Assembly (NCBI GenBank): GCA_051362555.1
Contig: CM120644.1
Span: 22,962,534 to 23,026,533, forward strand
Length of the DNA: 64,000 nucleotides
Direction of reading: 5' to 3'
From: Lingula anatina
Lineage: Eukaryota > Animalia > Brachiopoda
In this document: positions 50,750 through 61,867 of the stretch, piece after piece
Layout of the letters: every line of letters begins with the position of its first letter
Numbering within the stretch: position 1 is the stretch's first letter
Notes under the pieces: model-generated
The model's database searches: none
Seen by the model: the letters and a program-made list of their open reading frames with translations, nothing else
What the model was told of the DNA's origin: nothing
Translations under genes and position numbers: made by a program

Positions 50750-53700
50750 TAAGCAAGCCCGTATGATGCTTGACAAAGAATATGGTGATCCATATAACAC
50801 TGCTATGATGTATTTGAATAAAGTGAATGAGTTGCCATCTGTAAAACAAGCTGATCATGTAGGCCTTAAGAAATTGGCTTTGTCATTAACAAAGTGTTCT
50901 TATGCAATGCAACATTTATCTTACCTCAGTGTGTTAAATCACCCACCCAATATGATAAATGTAGCTAAGAAACTGCCTTTTTCTTTGCAAAATAAATGGC
51001 GAGAGCATGTAGTTAAGTTGAGACAACATCAACAAAGGGTTGTTCAGTTTTCAGATCTTGTCTCCTTTGTATCATCAGCGTCTGAAGTAGCCAACGACCC
51101 AGTGTTTGGTAAAGGGGCCATTTCTACAAAGTCTTCAAAGCCTCCAACAAGTAGGTTCAATCAAAAAGTGTCCAGTTTGGCAACGACCATTTCTGACGTC
51201 ACTACCGCGCAACCGTGTTGTCCACTTTGCCAAGGACGTCATGACCTTGAGAACTGTCAGACATTTTCATCTAAGAGCATCGATGACAAGAGAGCCTTTC
51301 TGATGGATAAACGCCTCTGTTTTGGATGTTTTGGACGGGACCACGTGTCAAAGGGCTGCACCAAGAAACGCCGATGTCAGAAGTGTCAGAAATTGCATCC
51401 AACTTCACTCCATGTTGAAGGTTTTCGGACCCGACGATAACCTGCTGTCCAATCGCATTTTCTCACAGCTCAAGCTAATACACAGCTTACTGATGGTGCT
51501 ACTGTGTCTTCCTGCGTTACCACAGTGTCTACAGACCGTATTTTTCATGCATTTCTCCCAGTGAAGATCCACCAGAGGGGTAGTAGCACTGTTATGAATG
51601 CATACTGTTTTTTATGACAATGGAAGTAGTGGTTGTTTTATTACAGAAGGATTATTCCGCCAACTTGATGCTTCGGGTGTAACTACTCGTCTTCAGCTCA
51701 AGACTTTGTCTGGAAGCAGCTGTTTTCAAAGCAATGCGATGGAAAATCTGGTGAATACAGATATCAATGGTGATAATGCCATTGAACTGCCACGAACTTT
51801 CACAAGAGATGATATTCCAATCACCAAAGATCAGATACCTACGCCAGATATCGTCAGAAGGTGGGATCATCTCAAAAGTGTTGCTCAGGAAATACCAGAA
51901 TTGCAAGAAAATGTGGACTTAGCTATCTTGATTGGAAACAATTGCCCACTAGCCTTGAAGCCGCTTGGAGCGATACCTTCTTCAAATGGAGGCCCATATG
52001 CAGTGTTACTTAGACACGGTTGGACAGTACATGGACCGTTAACTGCCGATACTAGGGACCACATTACATGCAATCGTATACAGGTGGAGGAAGTCCACAA
52101 AGAGATAATTTCCCCTGCTACTGCAATACACATGATGGAGCTTGATTTTTGTGAGCATAAGCCATCATATCCTGATGAGAAAGGAATGTCACAATGTCAC
52201 CAGAGGACAAACGTTTCTTACAGATTGCAGAAGACGGTGTTGTTTTTGAGAATGGTCATTATACTCTGGTTATGCAGAGCGTGTTCCTCTTTATGATGTC
52301 TCAGCACAGGGCCAAGTATGGTACTTACCTCATCACGGTATATACAACCCAAACAAACCGGGGAAAATTAGAGTAGTGTTTGATGCGAGTGCCAAGTTTC
52401 AAGGGACAAGTTGAGGCTGAGCATTCCAAAGAAATATCCTCAATTGATATCCATTATGATGAGCTACCAATCACAAAGACGCTCGGAGTACAATGGAACA
52501 TTGAGACAGATCAGTTTGAGTTTTCCATAAAGCTGAAAGCCAAACCATCAACTAGAAGGGGGATCCTCTCCCTCATTTCTTCGCTTTATGACCCACTTGT
52601 TTTGTGGCTCCAGTGATATTGCCAGCGAAGAAAATACTACAGGATCTTTGTCGTGATGGAAACGTGGGATGGGATGATGATGTACCAGAGACGTTTCAAG
52701 AAAGGTGGAGCAAATGGTCATCTTCGATATCAGCATTAGAAAATGTGAAGATAAACCGGTGTTTCAAACTTTCAGACTGTCCCCCACATGGTGAAGTGCA
52801 GCTCCATGTCTTCTCAGATGCCAGCTTCTGTGGTTATGGATCAGTTGCCTACCTTCGATGTAAGGATTACGCAGGAAACATAAATGTTTTCTTTGTAGCA
52901 GGAAAAGCTCGACTCGCACCCATCAAGACTATGTCAATCCCGCGACTCGAACTTACCGCTGCAGTTACCTCAGTGCGACTAGCCAAAATGATAGAGATAG
53001 AAATTGATGAAGAGCTGAAAGTTTTTTACCATACCGACTCCACTACTGTACTTCGCTACATAGCCAATGAGAAGAATCGATTCCCAGTGTTTGTGGCAAA
53101 TAGAATTCAACTGATACGCGATTTTTCCAGTGTAGAGCAGTGGCGTTACGTCCCGTCATCAAATAATAGTGCAGACGAAGCCTCTAGAGGTTTATCAGCG
53201 GATGAGTTGTTTGACAGTGCAAGGTGGTTGACTGGTCCAGAATTTCTATATACCGAGGAAGATACATGGCCGGCAAGTCCACTACATTCTGAGACGCAAG
53301 ACCAATGAGAATCGGACGATGAGATCCAACATATAGCGTGTTTTGCATTGAGCAGTGATGGAGAAGATTCTTTCTTTCAGCTTGTGAATCACTACTCAAG
53401 TTGGTATAAATTGTGCAAAGCGGTTGCTATCTACGGAAAATTTGTACAGTGGTTGTGCAAAAGAGAAAAGTCTAAGACGAGTTTCTCTCCGGTGATTATG
53501 TCCGAGGATATTGCCCAATCGGAGACCACAGTCATACGTTGGCTACATTGGCGCAGTTACAAAGACGAGATTACCCAACTTACCTCAGCTGATGCAGATC
53601 AAACACGGAGCCGGGCAAAAACGGTGAGCAAATCCAGCAATCTTTACAAGTTGGATCCAGTTGTTGACAATGGTATCTTGAGAGTGGGTGGAAGATTACA

Positions 53701-55310
53701 GCGAGCAAATCTACCAGAAGAAGCTAAACATCCAATCATACAACCTAAAAAGGGCCATGTTACTACTCTTATAATACGCCAAGAACACGAACGTCTGGGG
53801 CATGCAGGTCGAAATCACGTGCTCTCAAGCCTGCGAACGAAATATTGGATTTTAAGTGGAAATGCTGCTGTGCGTTCTTTGCTGGCATCTTGTGTTAAGT
53901 GCCGACGTCTCACTGGTCCAGTGGAACAGCAGAGAATGGCCAACTTACCTAGTTGTAGAGTAGATGAAACGCTTCCTTCGTTTAGCAGATCAGGAGTGGA
54001 CTGTTTTGGACCCTTTGTTGTAAATGACGGAAGGAAAGAAGTCAAACGATATGGGGTACTTTTTACTTGCCTGTCTAGTCAGGCAGTACACATAGAAGTT
54101 GCCATGAACCTTGAAACGGACACTTTCCTTAACGTGCTTTGAAGATTCATTGCGCGCCGAGGAAATGTTAAAGAGTTGTGGAGTGACAACGGAACAAATT
54201 TTGTTGGTGCTCACAAAGAACTTAAACAGGCTCTTCAGAACATGAAACATGATGTCATTCATGATAATATGTGTCCAGTAGGCATTGATTGGCATTTTAA
54301 CCCTCCTGCAGCAAGTAACATGGGTGGGTCATGGGAACGCATGATACGGTCTGTTAAGAAAGTTCTCACGGGTCTTTTACAAGGACATGGAACCCAGCTC
54401 GACACCGACTCCTTTCACACTCTCCTCTGTGAAGTAGAAGCGATCATCAACTCGAGACCACAGTCTCTATGGATCCGCGTGATGAAGATTCTCTAACTCC
54501 GAATCACATTTTGACGCTCAGATCACGGGTTACTGTCCTGCCACCAGGTGTATTCCAGAGAGAAGATGTTTATCTTCGCAAACGCTGGCGACGAGTACAG
54601 TACCTTGCCAATGTGTTCTGGGCAAGATGGAAAAGAGAGCTTCTACTGAACTTGCAAAGTCGTGCAAAATGGACGAAACATCGGCGAAATCTAACGATCG
54701 GTTATGTAGTTATCATTCGAGAAGAAAATGTGCCGCGTTGTGAGTGGCGCATGGGTCGTGTTAAAGAGGTAGAGATGGATTCTGAAGGTTATGTTAGAGC
54801 AGTACTGCTTAAAACACAAAGTGTGGATATCCGTAGACCTTCCAACAAGTTAGTTCTTTTAGTTCCAAATGAACATTAGATGATTTCAGTAAAATGGTTT
54901 TGTTTTGTTTTAAGGGCACTTAGAATTTTTTTGTTTTGTAGATAAATAAGTATAACATATTAAGTATAACTTATTTATGGAGCCGGGTATGAAAGTGCCA
55001 GATTCCTTGCCTTAGACCTACAAGGTGTAAGTGCTAGATTCCTTGTTTTAGATATACAAGGTGTGAGTAGTTTTCATGACTTTCGTGAGTAGCGCGCCTG
55101 TTTTGAATGTAAACGAGTCATAACGCTACAGGATTTTCCACGAGTAGGGTCTCTCCTGCATTTACCGTTATTTCTAACGTTGTATGGTGTATTGTTACAG
55201 TTCTACGGAGAAATCATAATATTATGTACTAGTGTGAAATCGTTGAGACAGTGGAGAATATATGTAACTCATGCTTTATTTCAACGTTACGTTCGGTTAA
55301 CATTTTGCCA
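50750..55310 (+). mobile_element. 5'-truncated BEL/Pao LTR retrotransposon with most of RT deleted
   Basis: Gag Zn-knuckles (CPLC...H...C, CFGC...H...C, CQKC...H), protease (FYDNGS), RNase H (HVFSDAS, KARLAP, IPRLEL), integrase (H..GH...C..C, DCFGP, SDNGTNF, GGSWER); probable 3' LTR from about 54990, end approximate. Confidence 0.92.
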
Positions 55311-56746
55311 TTCACATCTCTTATGTCTGTACAGCAAATGGACAAGTCAGCGTATCAGCAAGTCAGCAAGTCAGCAAGTTAAAATATTTGAAATGTGCCT
55401 CCCGAAATCGGTCTATTGAAACACAAAAGTCATTCAATGATTTCTGTACAATATTTACATGAGCCAAGTCCATAATAAGTTCATTTATGATTTTTTTTTT
55501 CTTTTTTAGTACATAATAACAGCCATGGATGCAGGTGGAGACCGGGACTATCGTCAAGAATTAAAGAACAGTCGTGCCGCCTTTAAAGGTGAATGTACTA
55601 AAAAGAAAAAAATCATAAATAAACCAGGCCTTGAACTGCATGAACCAATCGTTGCAGCGGACAGTCGCCTGACTTCATACACTAGATCCGAACTAAACAA
55701 TATATGGACATACTAGTATATGTAACATTGGTTTATAATTATATTTCTGACCACGACCTTTTTTTCACGAGCGATTTACTTTGGAATGCGAAAGCCTTCT
55801 CATTATCCGGTAACAGTCGTTCGAGTATGGCAATTCTTATAAATTTTGGATTCGCTTCTTTACAAAAAACTTATCAACTTATTTCTTTGTTTGAGATAGT
55901 TTTATTTACATCCAGCTAGTCGCCCTTCACCCGGGATGTTGCAGTGTATTTACGGTCATGGTTGCATATTACTTTTAAATCGACTTGAAAACCAAATGGA
56001 ACGTTTGTTAAAGGTTTATTTAATACATGTACAATGGGTATTTAATGACTTACCACGCTACGTGCCTTGCTGTCAGATACAGTAATATAACAGGATTCGA
56101 TATTAATATGCTACAAGTAGTTTTTTGCCACAATATTAATGTTATTTGCTCAGTGTATGTACTTTTCAAGCAAATCGCAGCAACGTGTTGTGGGTCTTAT
56201 TTGTTGTAGCAATTGTCAGATGTGAAAGTTACTATTTAAATGTATTGTACAAGGTGCAGTTTATTCGCCTACATGCTGTTTATCCCTCACAAATGCCAAC
56301 CATTCGACAGACGAAAATATAGCGTGAATAACAGTAGTTAGGAATGTGGTTTTCGACCTGCAAATTGAGAGGCGTTATATACTTTTTAATGTAATTTTTT
56401 TGGATGAACCTTGAACATTTTGAGGCGCAGTCTTAGTAAGCTGCTATTTTTAGCCACTGACTGGGTCCGATGTACAATTCTTGCTAAACGTAGCAAGAGC
56501 TGTACACAGGAGCTGTTTTTTAACTATTTACTCTGATTGGAATTTTAATGACGACCATTTTATTATATAAAACTTGTTGATATTATAATTTCATCTCGGA
56601 CCTTTGTAAGCGAATTTAAATGACGATTATAAAAACTTGAAAACCCAAAGCAATGTTTACGAATTATTTATTAATGCACTAGATACATTTACATAACATT
56701 TCAATTGTTTTTCGTTGAACTATTAAGAATACTTTATTTTAAGACA

Positions 56747-59700
56747 CTAGATATCTAAGGGTTCAGTGGACACACCGTCTTCTAACACTTTTCTTTTACA
56801 ATAGAAATAACTAAAGGCATCTCTGCGTTGAACGTAGGAATACATCGTGTTGTTGAATAAACGTATCCCCCTATTTATACCACTGCCGCTTTGTTTATTT
56901 AAAAGTACATCTAAATACTTTTGTTCATTTATAACATTGGAATTTCTATTGACTCCTTTGCAGCTAAATTTCGATTTGGTGTCTTCCCCAAAACAGTAGT
57001 AGGTTTTACTACACAGGCCAACGATACCGTCACCAACCCACTCGGCTTTGAACAACCCGGGCGTCCGTTTGTCGTACGCCTCGTGCTCTGGGGTATCAGT
57101 ACGCGGAAACCACAGATGTTTCTCGGCTTCGTACTGCGCTCTCATGTGAGGTTTTACTACGTCTTCTAAGCTATCAGCCGAAAAGGCGATGTAAGCGGAA
57201 TCCGTGTCCATTTCGCAGTATTGGAAATCGGACGGATCCACGAATTTTTGCATGAAGTCGTAGTAAAACTCCAACATGCGTAGCTTGGCGTACTGATACA
57301 CCATCACGCCTATGTGTAGAGGAAGGTCTAATTTGATGATTTTTTTGTTTAGCTCGACCTCATACACGTTTTCTGTAATTCGATCTAAACGTCGAAAACG
57401 GTGACTGTTGACTTTACGAGAGGCTGTTGCCTCACCGCAATACTCGGTGTCGCGGTGCCTTTCTTTGTTGGTCACCGTTTTCCCGTAGCCCGAGTTGCCA
57501 ATGAGCTTCATGGTGTCGGCGACGATGGCTTTGGTCTTGTCTCTGTCTCCCTCCCTGCGAGCGTCACTCACGGCGTTTCCGAAATGCTCGAAACAGGCTT
57601 TCGGGGTGTACTCGATTACCTGGTGGATGCGCGTCACGCAAAGACCGTGTTCCAAGTACCATTTCAAAAGCGGGGTCGCCAAAACGATTTTTTCTCCGAA
57701 TAAACTCCCGATCAACGAACGTCTCGGGACACTCATAATGTTATTTTCCTCGGCAAAGTTTTTCATGTAAGGACCGATGTCGTCGCGAGAAATAGTCGTG
57801 TTTTTGAAAACGGGTGGCATTTCGGAGAATTTGTGTCTGAGGTTGGACGGGACCTCTATGTCGCACTCGACGAATCCAAACAGTTTGTCCCCGAGGACGG
57901 CGTCTAGGATCTCGTCGAACGTGAGCCGATACCTATGCTCCGTGGGGAGCGTGTACCGCTTTCTGAAAGTTTTCACTTCATCGCTTTTGCTATGAAGTTT
58001 TTTCCAATCGCACTCCCACATTTCGACGAGGTCGTAGCCGCACTCCCGAATGTACTCGCTATTAATTTCAGTTTCGATGCGTAAAGATTCCATAGTGACC
58101 TTTTTCGTATCGTTTATTTCCCTGTAGGTTCCATCTTTGTTTCGGTTCAAATGACACCGATGACCGTGGAAATAACACCCATGGTACTGATACACTGTCT
58201 GCGTTTCTCGACAAAACCCATCCACCGGTAGCCGACGGCACCCGACGCGCTTTTCTGTACCGTTGAACTGATGCCGGATTTTCTGACCTGTGGAGTGTGC
58301 AACCCAGTCCAACCACATCGTTGCCTCGCGTCCTCGCGGGTGAGAATATTCGCGCGTATAGTCGGACTCTTCGCGTCTGCGGATAAACGTGCCCGTTGGC
58401 ATAGGTTGCATGAGGCACCACAGGTATAGCGCGTTGGCGTCGTACCCAACGATCTTTTTGCACAGCTTGGGCGCTTCAGAATTCGCCTTTCTAAGAAAGG
58501 TCACATTCTTCTCGTGATAGCGGTGGAAGATGATGCTGGGACCGCCCACGATGGCGTTTTTCAGAAGATAGTAAAGATCGCTGTGCTTATCGTCGAAAAG
58601 GGTAAAAAATGCGTCACCTACATTTTGAAAGAGGTACTTCAACGTTAAACCCGGCACGCTGATACCGTCTTTAAACATATCGATACCTCTTTCTTGGTAG
58701 AAGGCGAACATTTTTTCCACCGCTTCCAGCATCGGTTCAACGTCTTTGTTGTTGTACCAGATGAGGAAATCGCGCATCGTCTGCATACCGTTTTCTACCC
58801 ACACGCGTTGGCACTCCGCGTAATCTTCCTCTGTGATATTACTCTGTTTTAGTTTTGAGTAAAACTCTTCGCGGGGAGGGAGATTAGGGCATTCGAGCTT
58901 GTCCAAAGAGTCCATCCACTCGTAAGGGAAGAACCCCTTGGACTCTGTGCATTCGAACGCCTTCAAGAACTGACCATAGCTGCATCCGGGAGCCAAATAG
59001 TTACAAATGTCCAAAAGTTTCAGGCGTTCCGATTTCAACACCATGAAATTGTTGTTGCGTTTTACGACAAATTTCAATGTGTCCGCCAACAAAGGCAAAA
59101 ACAGCGTTTTCATGGCGTTGAGATCGTAATGCCCGCTATTGAAACCTAAGACGGGTAATTCCATTAAATATTGACTAAATCTACGGATAAGTTTTGATAA
59201 GTAATGTTTTTTTGTTAAGTCTTCTACATCTTCGTCCTCGCTTTCCTGTAGCATTTGTTCAATGTCTTTTTCTTTTTTTTCGTTAAGCTTTTCAAACACC
59301 CATGTAAACTTGTCCCTTTGAAGCTTTTCGACCGCGCGGCTCATGTCTTGTAGGGTGTTGACGAACATTTGTACAGCTAACGAGGGCTCGCCGTCGGAAA
59401 TAATGCATTTCGGCTTCGTGTGACCCGGCACGTTGCTGCACACGCTGACGCTGAGGAAACGATGTTCGTGTTCTAAACTCAGCTTTTCGCTGTGCTGCGG
59501 CTCCTCCGTGCGGGGTAGCAGACACTCGATATCGAACGCCGCCCAGTATCGATAGTACCTGTCTTCCTCGGTGACGAAAATGCCCTCGTCTTCGAGGAGG
59601 TCGAATACGGTTTGCTGGGGAGTGTACGCCTTGCCAGGAAAACGGTGTTCGACGAGGACGTCGCAGGTCTGTTCGTGACGCTGAAGGCACCACTTGCTTT

Positions 59701-60856
59701 TGAACATTTTGCTGCACCTCGAACAGCAAAACGAGCGGCAGTATTTGTCCACGTCGCTGATGTACGAAAAATGATTTTCGTGCACGTTCAGCGACATGGT
59801 GTCGTCGTACCTGTCAGTAGAGCGACGAACGAGTTCTGCAAACACGTCACCGTCTTCGTTTTCCTGCAATTCGTACACGACAATGTTTACCTGGAACAGG
59901 GCTTCCATCTTGTGCAGTTGATGGACCGGCACGCCTTTGAAATTTTTGCGTTTTCGTCCAATGTACTCTTCGAAGAGTTTTTTGGTCGTCTTTTCAAGAC
60001 CCGCAACGGACGAACCTCTGTGCAAGGCGAGGCACCGAAAGAGACAGAGGTTGTCGCGGTACGTTTTTCCTCGGTTGTTTTTCTGCAGAGCAACGAGACC
60101 CTTGTTGTGTAGCACGTAGTCAGGCAGGTCGACTCCGCAACCGATGGGGTGGTCCTTTAGCTTCGTCACGTAAAACGTGGCGTTGGTGACCGTGTCTACC
60201 ACCCACTTCGAATTGGGCCGCTCCTGCCGAGCGCACTCCAAGATATCTCTGGTAGTCACGTGCTCAAAGAAACCATCGAGATCCTGGCGGTGGCGGATCA
60301 CAGCGGGCGCTTCTAAGAAGCAATGGTTGTTGCTGCTGGGGTGGAAGTACCTCAACTGCCCGGTCTCGTTATTTCTTAGGAAAAAACCGTACGACACGTT
60401 GATCTTGAAGGCCGTGCGTTGGTCTTCCAAGATCCGCTCTAGGTCGTCTCGAAGGGCATCGGGTTGAAGAGTGGTCAATCTAACGTTGTACCAGTCTTGG
60501 AGTTTGTTACCCCTCGAGGATCTGGTCCGTATGCTGTTCCAGTGACTTTCGTACGCTTCGGCGACTGACGAGTCGACGTCCGGGGGCAGAAGATTGTCGG
60601 GCATGACGACGCGGTCGGCGGCTCCCGACCCCTTTTGAATCCTGGGTCTTTTCACCGGGGCCTCTGGTTCCGTTTCTTCGCTCGAGGTCCCCGGGTGGAG
60701 GCGTCGATGCCTGTTCATGTTATCTCGACGAGCAAAGGTCTTCCCACATTCGGGGCATGCTACCTCCTTTTCCTTCGTGTGGGTGAGCCTGTGGCGTTTA
60801 AGGTCGCCAGCACGATTAAAAGATGCTCCGCACACTTCGCATCTGTTGTGCACCAT
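56747..60856 (-). CDS. Protein-primed family B DNA polymerase (pPolB), intact, 1369 aa
   Basis: ExoI FDIE, ExoII FNSGHYD, KGFFPY, ExoIII YNNKDV, PolA YDANALY, PolB KLIGNSGYG, PolC DTDS, KTY; two N-terminal C2H2 fingers. Confidence 0.95.
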   Translation of the reverse strand: MVHNRCEVCGASFNRAGDLKRHRLTHTKEKEVACPECGKTFARRDNMNRHRRLHPGTSSEETEPEAPVKRPRIQKGSGAADRVVMPDNLLPPDVDSSVAEAYESHWNSIRTRSSRGNKLQDWYNVRLTTLQPDALRDDLERILEDQRTAFKINVSYGFFLRNNETGQLRYFHPSSNNHCFLEAPAVIRHRQDLDGFFEHVTTRDILECARQERPNSKWVVDTVTNATFYVTKLKDHPIGCGVDLPDYVLHNKGLVALQKNNRGKTYRDNLCLFRCLALHRGSSVAGLEKTTKKLFEEYIGRKRKNFKGVPVHQLHKMEALFQVNIVVYELQENEDGDVFAELVRRSTDRYDDTMSLNVHENHFSYISDVDKYCRSFCCSRCSKMFKSKWCLQRHEQTCDVLVEHRFPGKAYTPQQTVFDLLEDEGIFVTEEDRYYRYWAAFDIECLLPRTEEPQHSEKLSLEHEHRFLSVSVCSNVPGHTKPKCIISDGEPSLAVQMFVNTLQDMSRAVEKLQRDKFTWVFEKLNEKKEKDIEQMLQESEDEDVEDLTKKHYLSKLIRRFSQYLMELPVLGFNSGHYDLNAMKTLFLPLLADTLKFVVKRNNNFMVLKSERLKLLDICNYLAPGCSYGQFLKAFECTESKGFFPYEWMDSLDKLECPNLPPREEFYSKLKQSNITEEDYAECQRVWVENGMQTMRDFLIWYNNKDVEPMLEAVEKMFAFYQERGIDMFKDGISVPGLTLKYLFQNVGDAFFTLFDDKHSDLYYLLKNAIVGGPSIIFHRYHEKNVTFLRKANSEAPKLCKKIVGYDANALYLWCLMQPMPTGTFIRRREESDYTREYSHPRGREATMWLDWVAHSTGQKIRHQFNGTEKRVGCRRLPVDGFCRETQTVYQYHGCYFHGHRCHLNRNKDGTYREINDTKKVTMESLRIETEINSEYIRECGYDLVEMWECDWKKLHSKSDEVKTFRKRYTLPTEHRYRLTFDEILDAVLGDKLFGFVECDIEVPSNLRHKFSEMPPVFKNTTISRDDIGPYMKNFAEENNIMSVPRRSLIGSLFGEKIVLATPLLKWYLEHGLCVTRIHQVIEYTPKACFEHFGNAVSDARREGDRDKTKAIVADTMKLIGNSGYGKTVTNKERHRDTEYCGEATASRKVNSHRFRRLDRITENVYEVELNKKIIKLDLPLHIGVMVYQYAKLRMLEFYYDFMQKFVDPSDFQYCEMDTDSAYIAFSADSLEDVVKPHMRAQYEAEKHLWFPRTDTPEHEAYDKRTPGLFKAEWVGDGIVGLCSKTYYCFGEDTKSKFSCKGVNRNSNVINEQKYLDVLLNKQSGSGINRGIRLFNNTMYSYVQRRDAFSYFYCKRKVLEDGVSTEPLDI

Positions 60857-61078
60857 GGTCGCTATCGATCTGAAATGAGAGATAAATGTAGACTGTTATG
60901 AAATTCAAGAAAATATAATGCCGTTGGTTGAAATGACCCACTGGTGTTTTGTATGATTGGTTGACATATATCTCAATTTTGACTGGTTATTTTTCTGGAA
61001 CGGATATTACCACAGTTTTAATTGGCTAACGAAAAGAGTATAAGAACAAACGTTACAATTTCATCGGGCATTTGAAGA
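60857..61078. promoter_or_regulatory. Divergent intergenic/promoter region between pPolB and the BIR gene
   Basis: 222 bp between head-to-head ATGs; ATTGG (CCAAT) at 60956 and 61021, TATAAG at 61039. Confidence 0.4.
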
Positions 61079-61564
61079 ATGGATGACAACGAGGTATTCA
61101 CCGATTCCGCTCCCGAAGACAAGCCCTCGCATTTTCGAATACCCTATTGTAGGGAGGAAGATAGGATACTCAGTTTTCTAAACTGGCCCGGTAAACTTCT
61201 CATTAATCCCATACCTCTAGCCATCAGCGGGTTTTACAGGGACCAAGAGGCGTCAAATACAGACGACGCGGTCCTTTGCTTCAACTGTCGGGTCAGTCTT
61301 AGAAACTGGGACCCGTTGAGAGATGCGGCGGACGTCGAACACGAGCGCCACAGTCCGCAATGTACCATGAATAACGTCGACAAGAGATTTAAGAACCCTC
61401 TAAATGTTCCATTGACCCCCGAAAAGCGACACGAATTAGTGCAGCTGTTTGTCTCGATTGAAAAGAAAACTAACTACACACCCAGTACAGTGAAAACACT
61501 GTTGAACATAGGTTTTGATGAGGTGGATCACGATCCATGGCCTAGGCCGTATACCCTATTCTGA
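61079..61564 (+). CDS. Single-BIR inhibitor-of-apoptosis-like protein, 161 aa
   Basis: R..SF.NWP...LA.SGFY...D.V.CFNC-x17-H-x6-C zinc-binding BIR signature; no RING. Confidence 0.88.
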   Translation: MDDNEVFTDSAPEDKPSHFRIPYCREEDRILSFLNWPGKLLINPIPLAISGFYRDQEASNTDDAVLCFNCRVSLRNWDPLRDAADVEHERHSPQCTMNNVDKRFKNPLNVPLTPEKRHELVQLFVSIEKKTNYTPSTVKTLLNIGFDEVDHDPWPRPYTLF

Positions 61565-61653
61565 TTGGTTTAAAAAAAGTTACTCTGTATTTTTTTAAAG
61601 TCGTCATCGAATGAGAGTGTCTATTTAACGTTTTGCGTTCTTAGAGAACTGTT

Positions 61654-61857
61654 ATGGCAAGTCCATCCATTAAAATCCAGTGCGACGATATTAAGTGTGT
61701 AGTTGCGTGTTGTCAGGGACAGACAGATGTAGTCAACGACCAAAGAGATGAAACGGAATGCGACAAAGAAACCGAGCAACGACCTTGCACATGTACAAGA
61801 ATACGGCACTACATCAAAACCTTACTTTGTAGTGTGAAACAAAACGCAGACAACTAA
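61654..61857 (+). CDS. Small Cys-rich hypothetical viral protein, 67 aa
   Basis: ATG-initiated ORF filling the gap between the BIR and integrase genes on the same strand; 8 Cys; no recognisable family. Confidence 0.45.
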   Translation: MASPSIKIQCDDIKCVVACCQGQTDVVNDQRDETECDKETEQRPCTCTRIRHYIKTLLCSVKQNADN

Positions 61858-61867
61858 GAAGGTCATC

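Noticed and set aside
56921-60901. Many 60-170-aa ORFs antisense to or overlapping pPolB
   Set aside because: Expected shadow ORFs of a GC-rich coding sequence; no independent motifs
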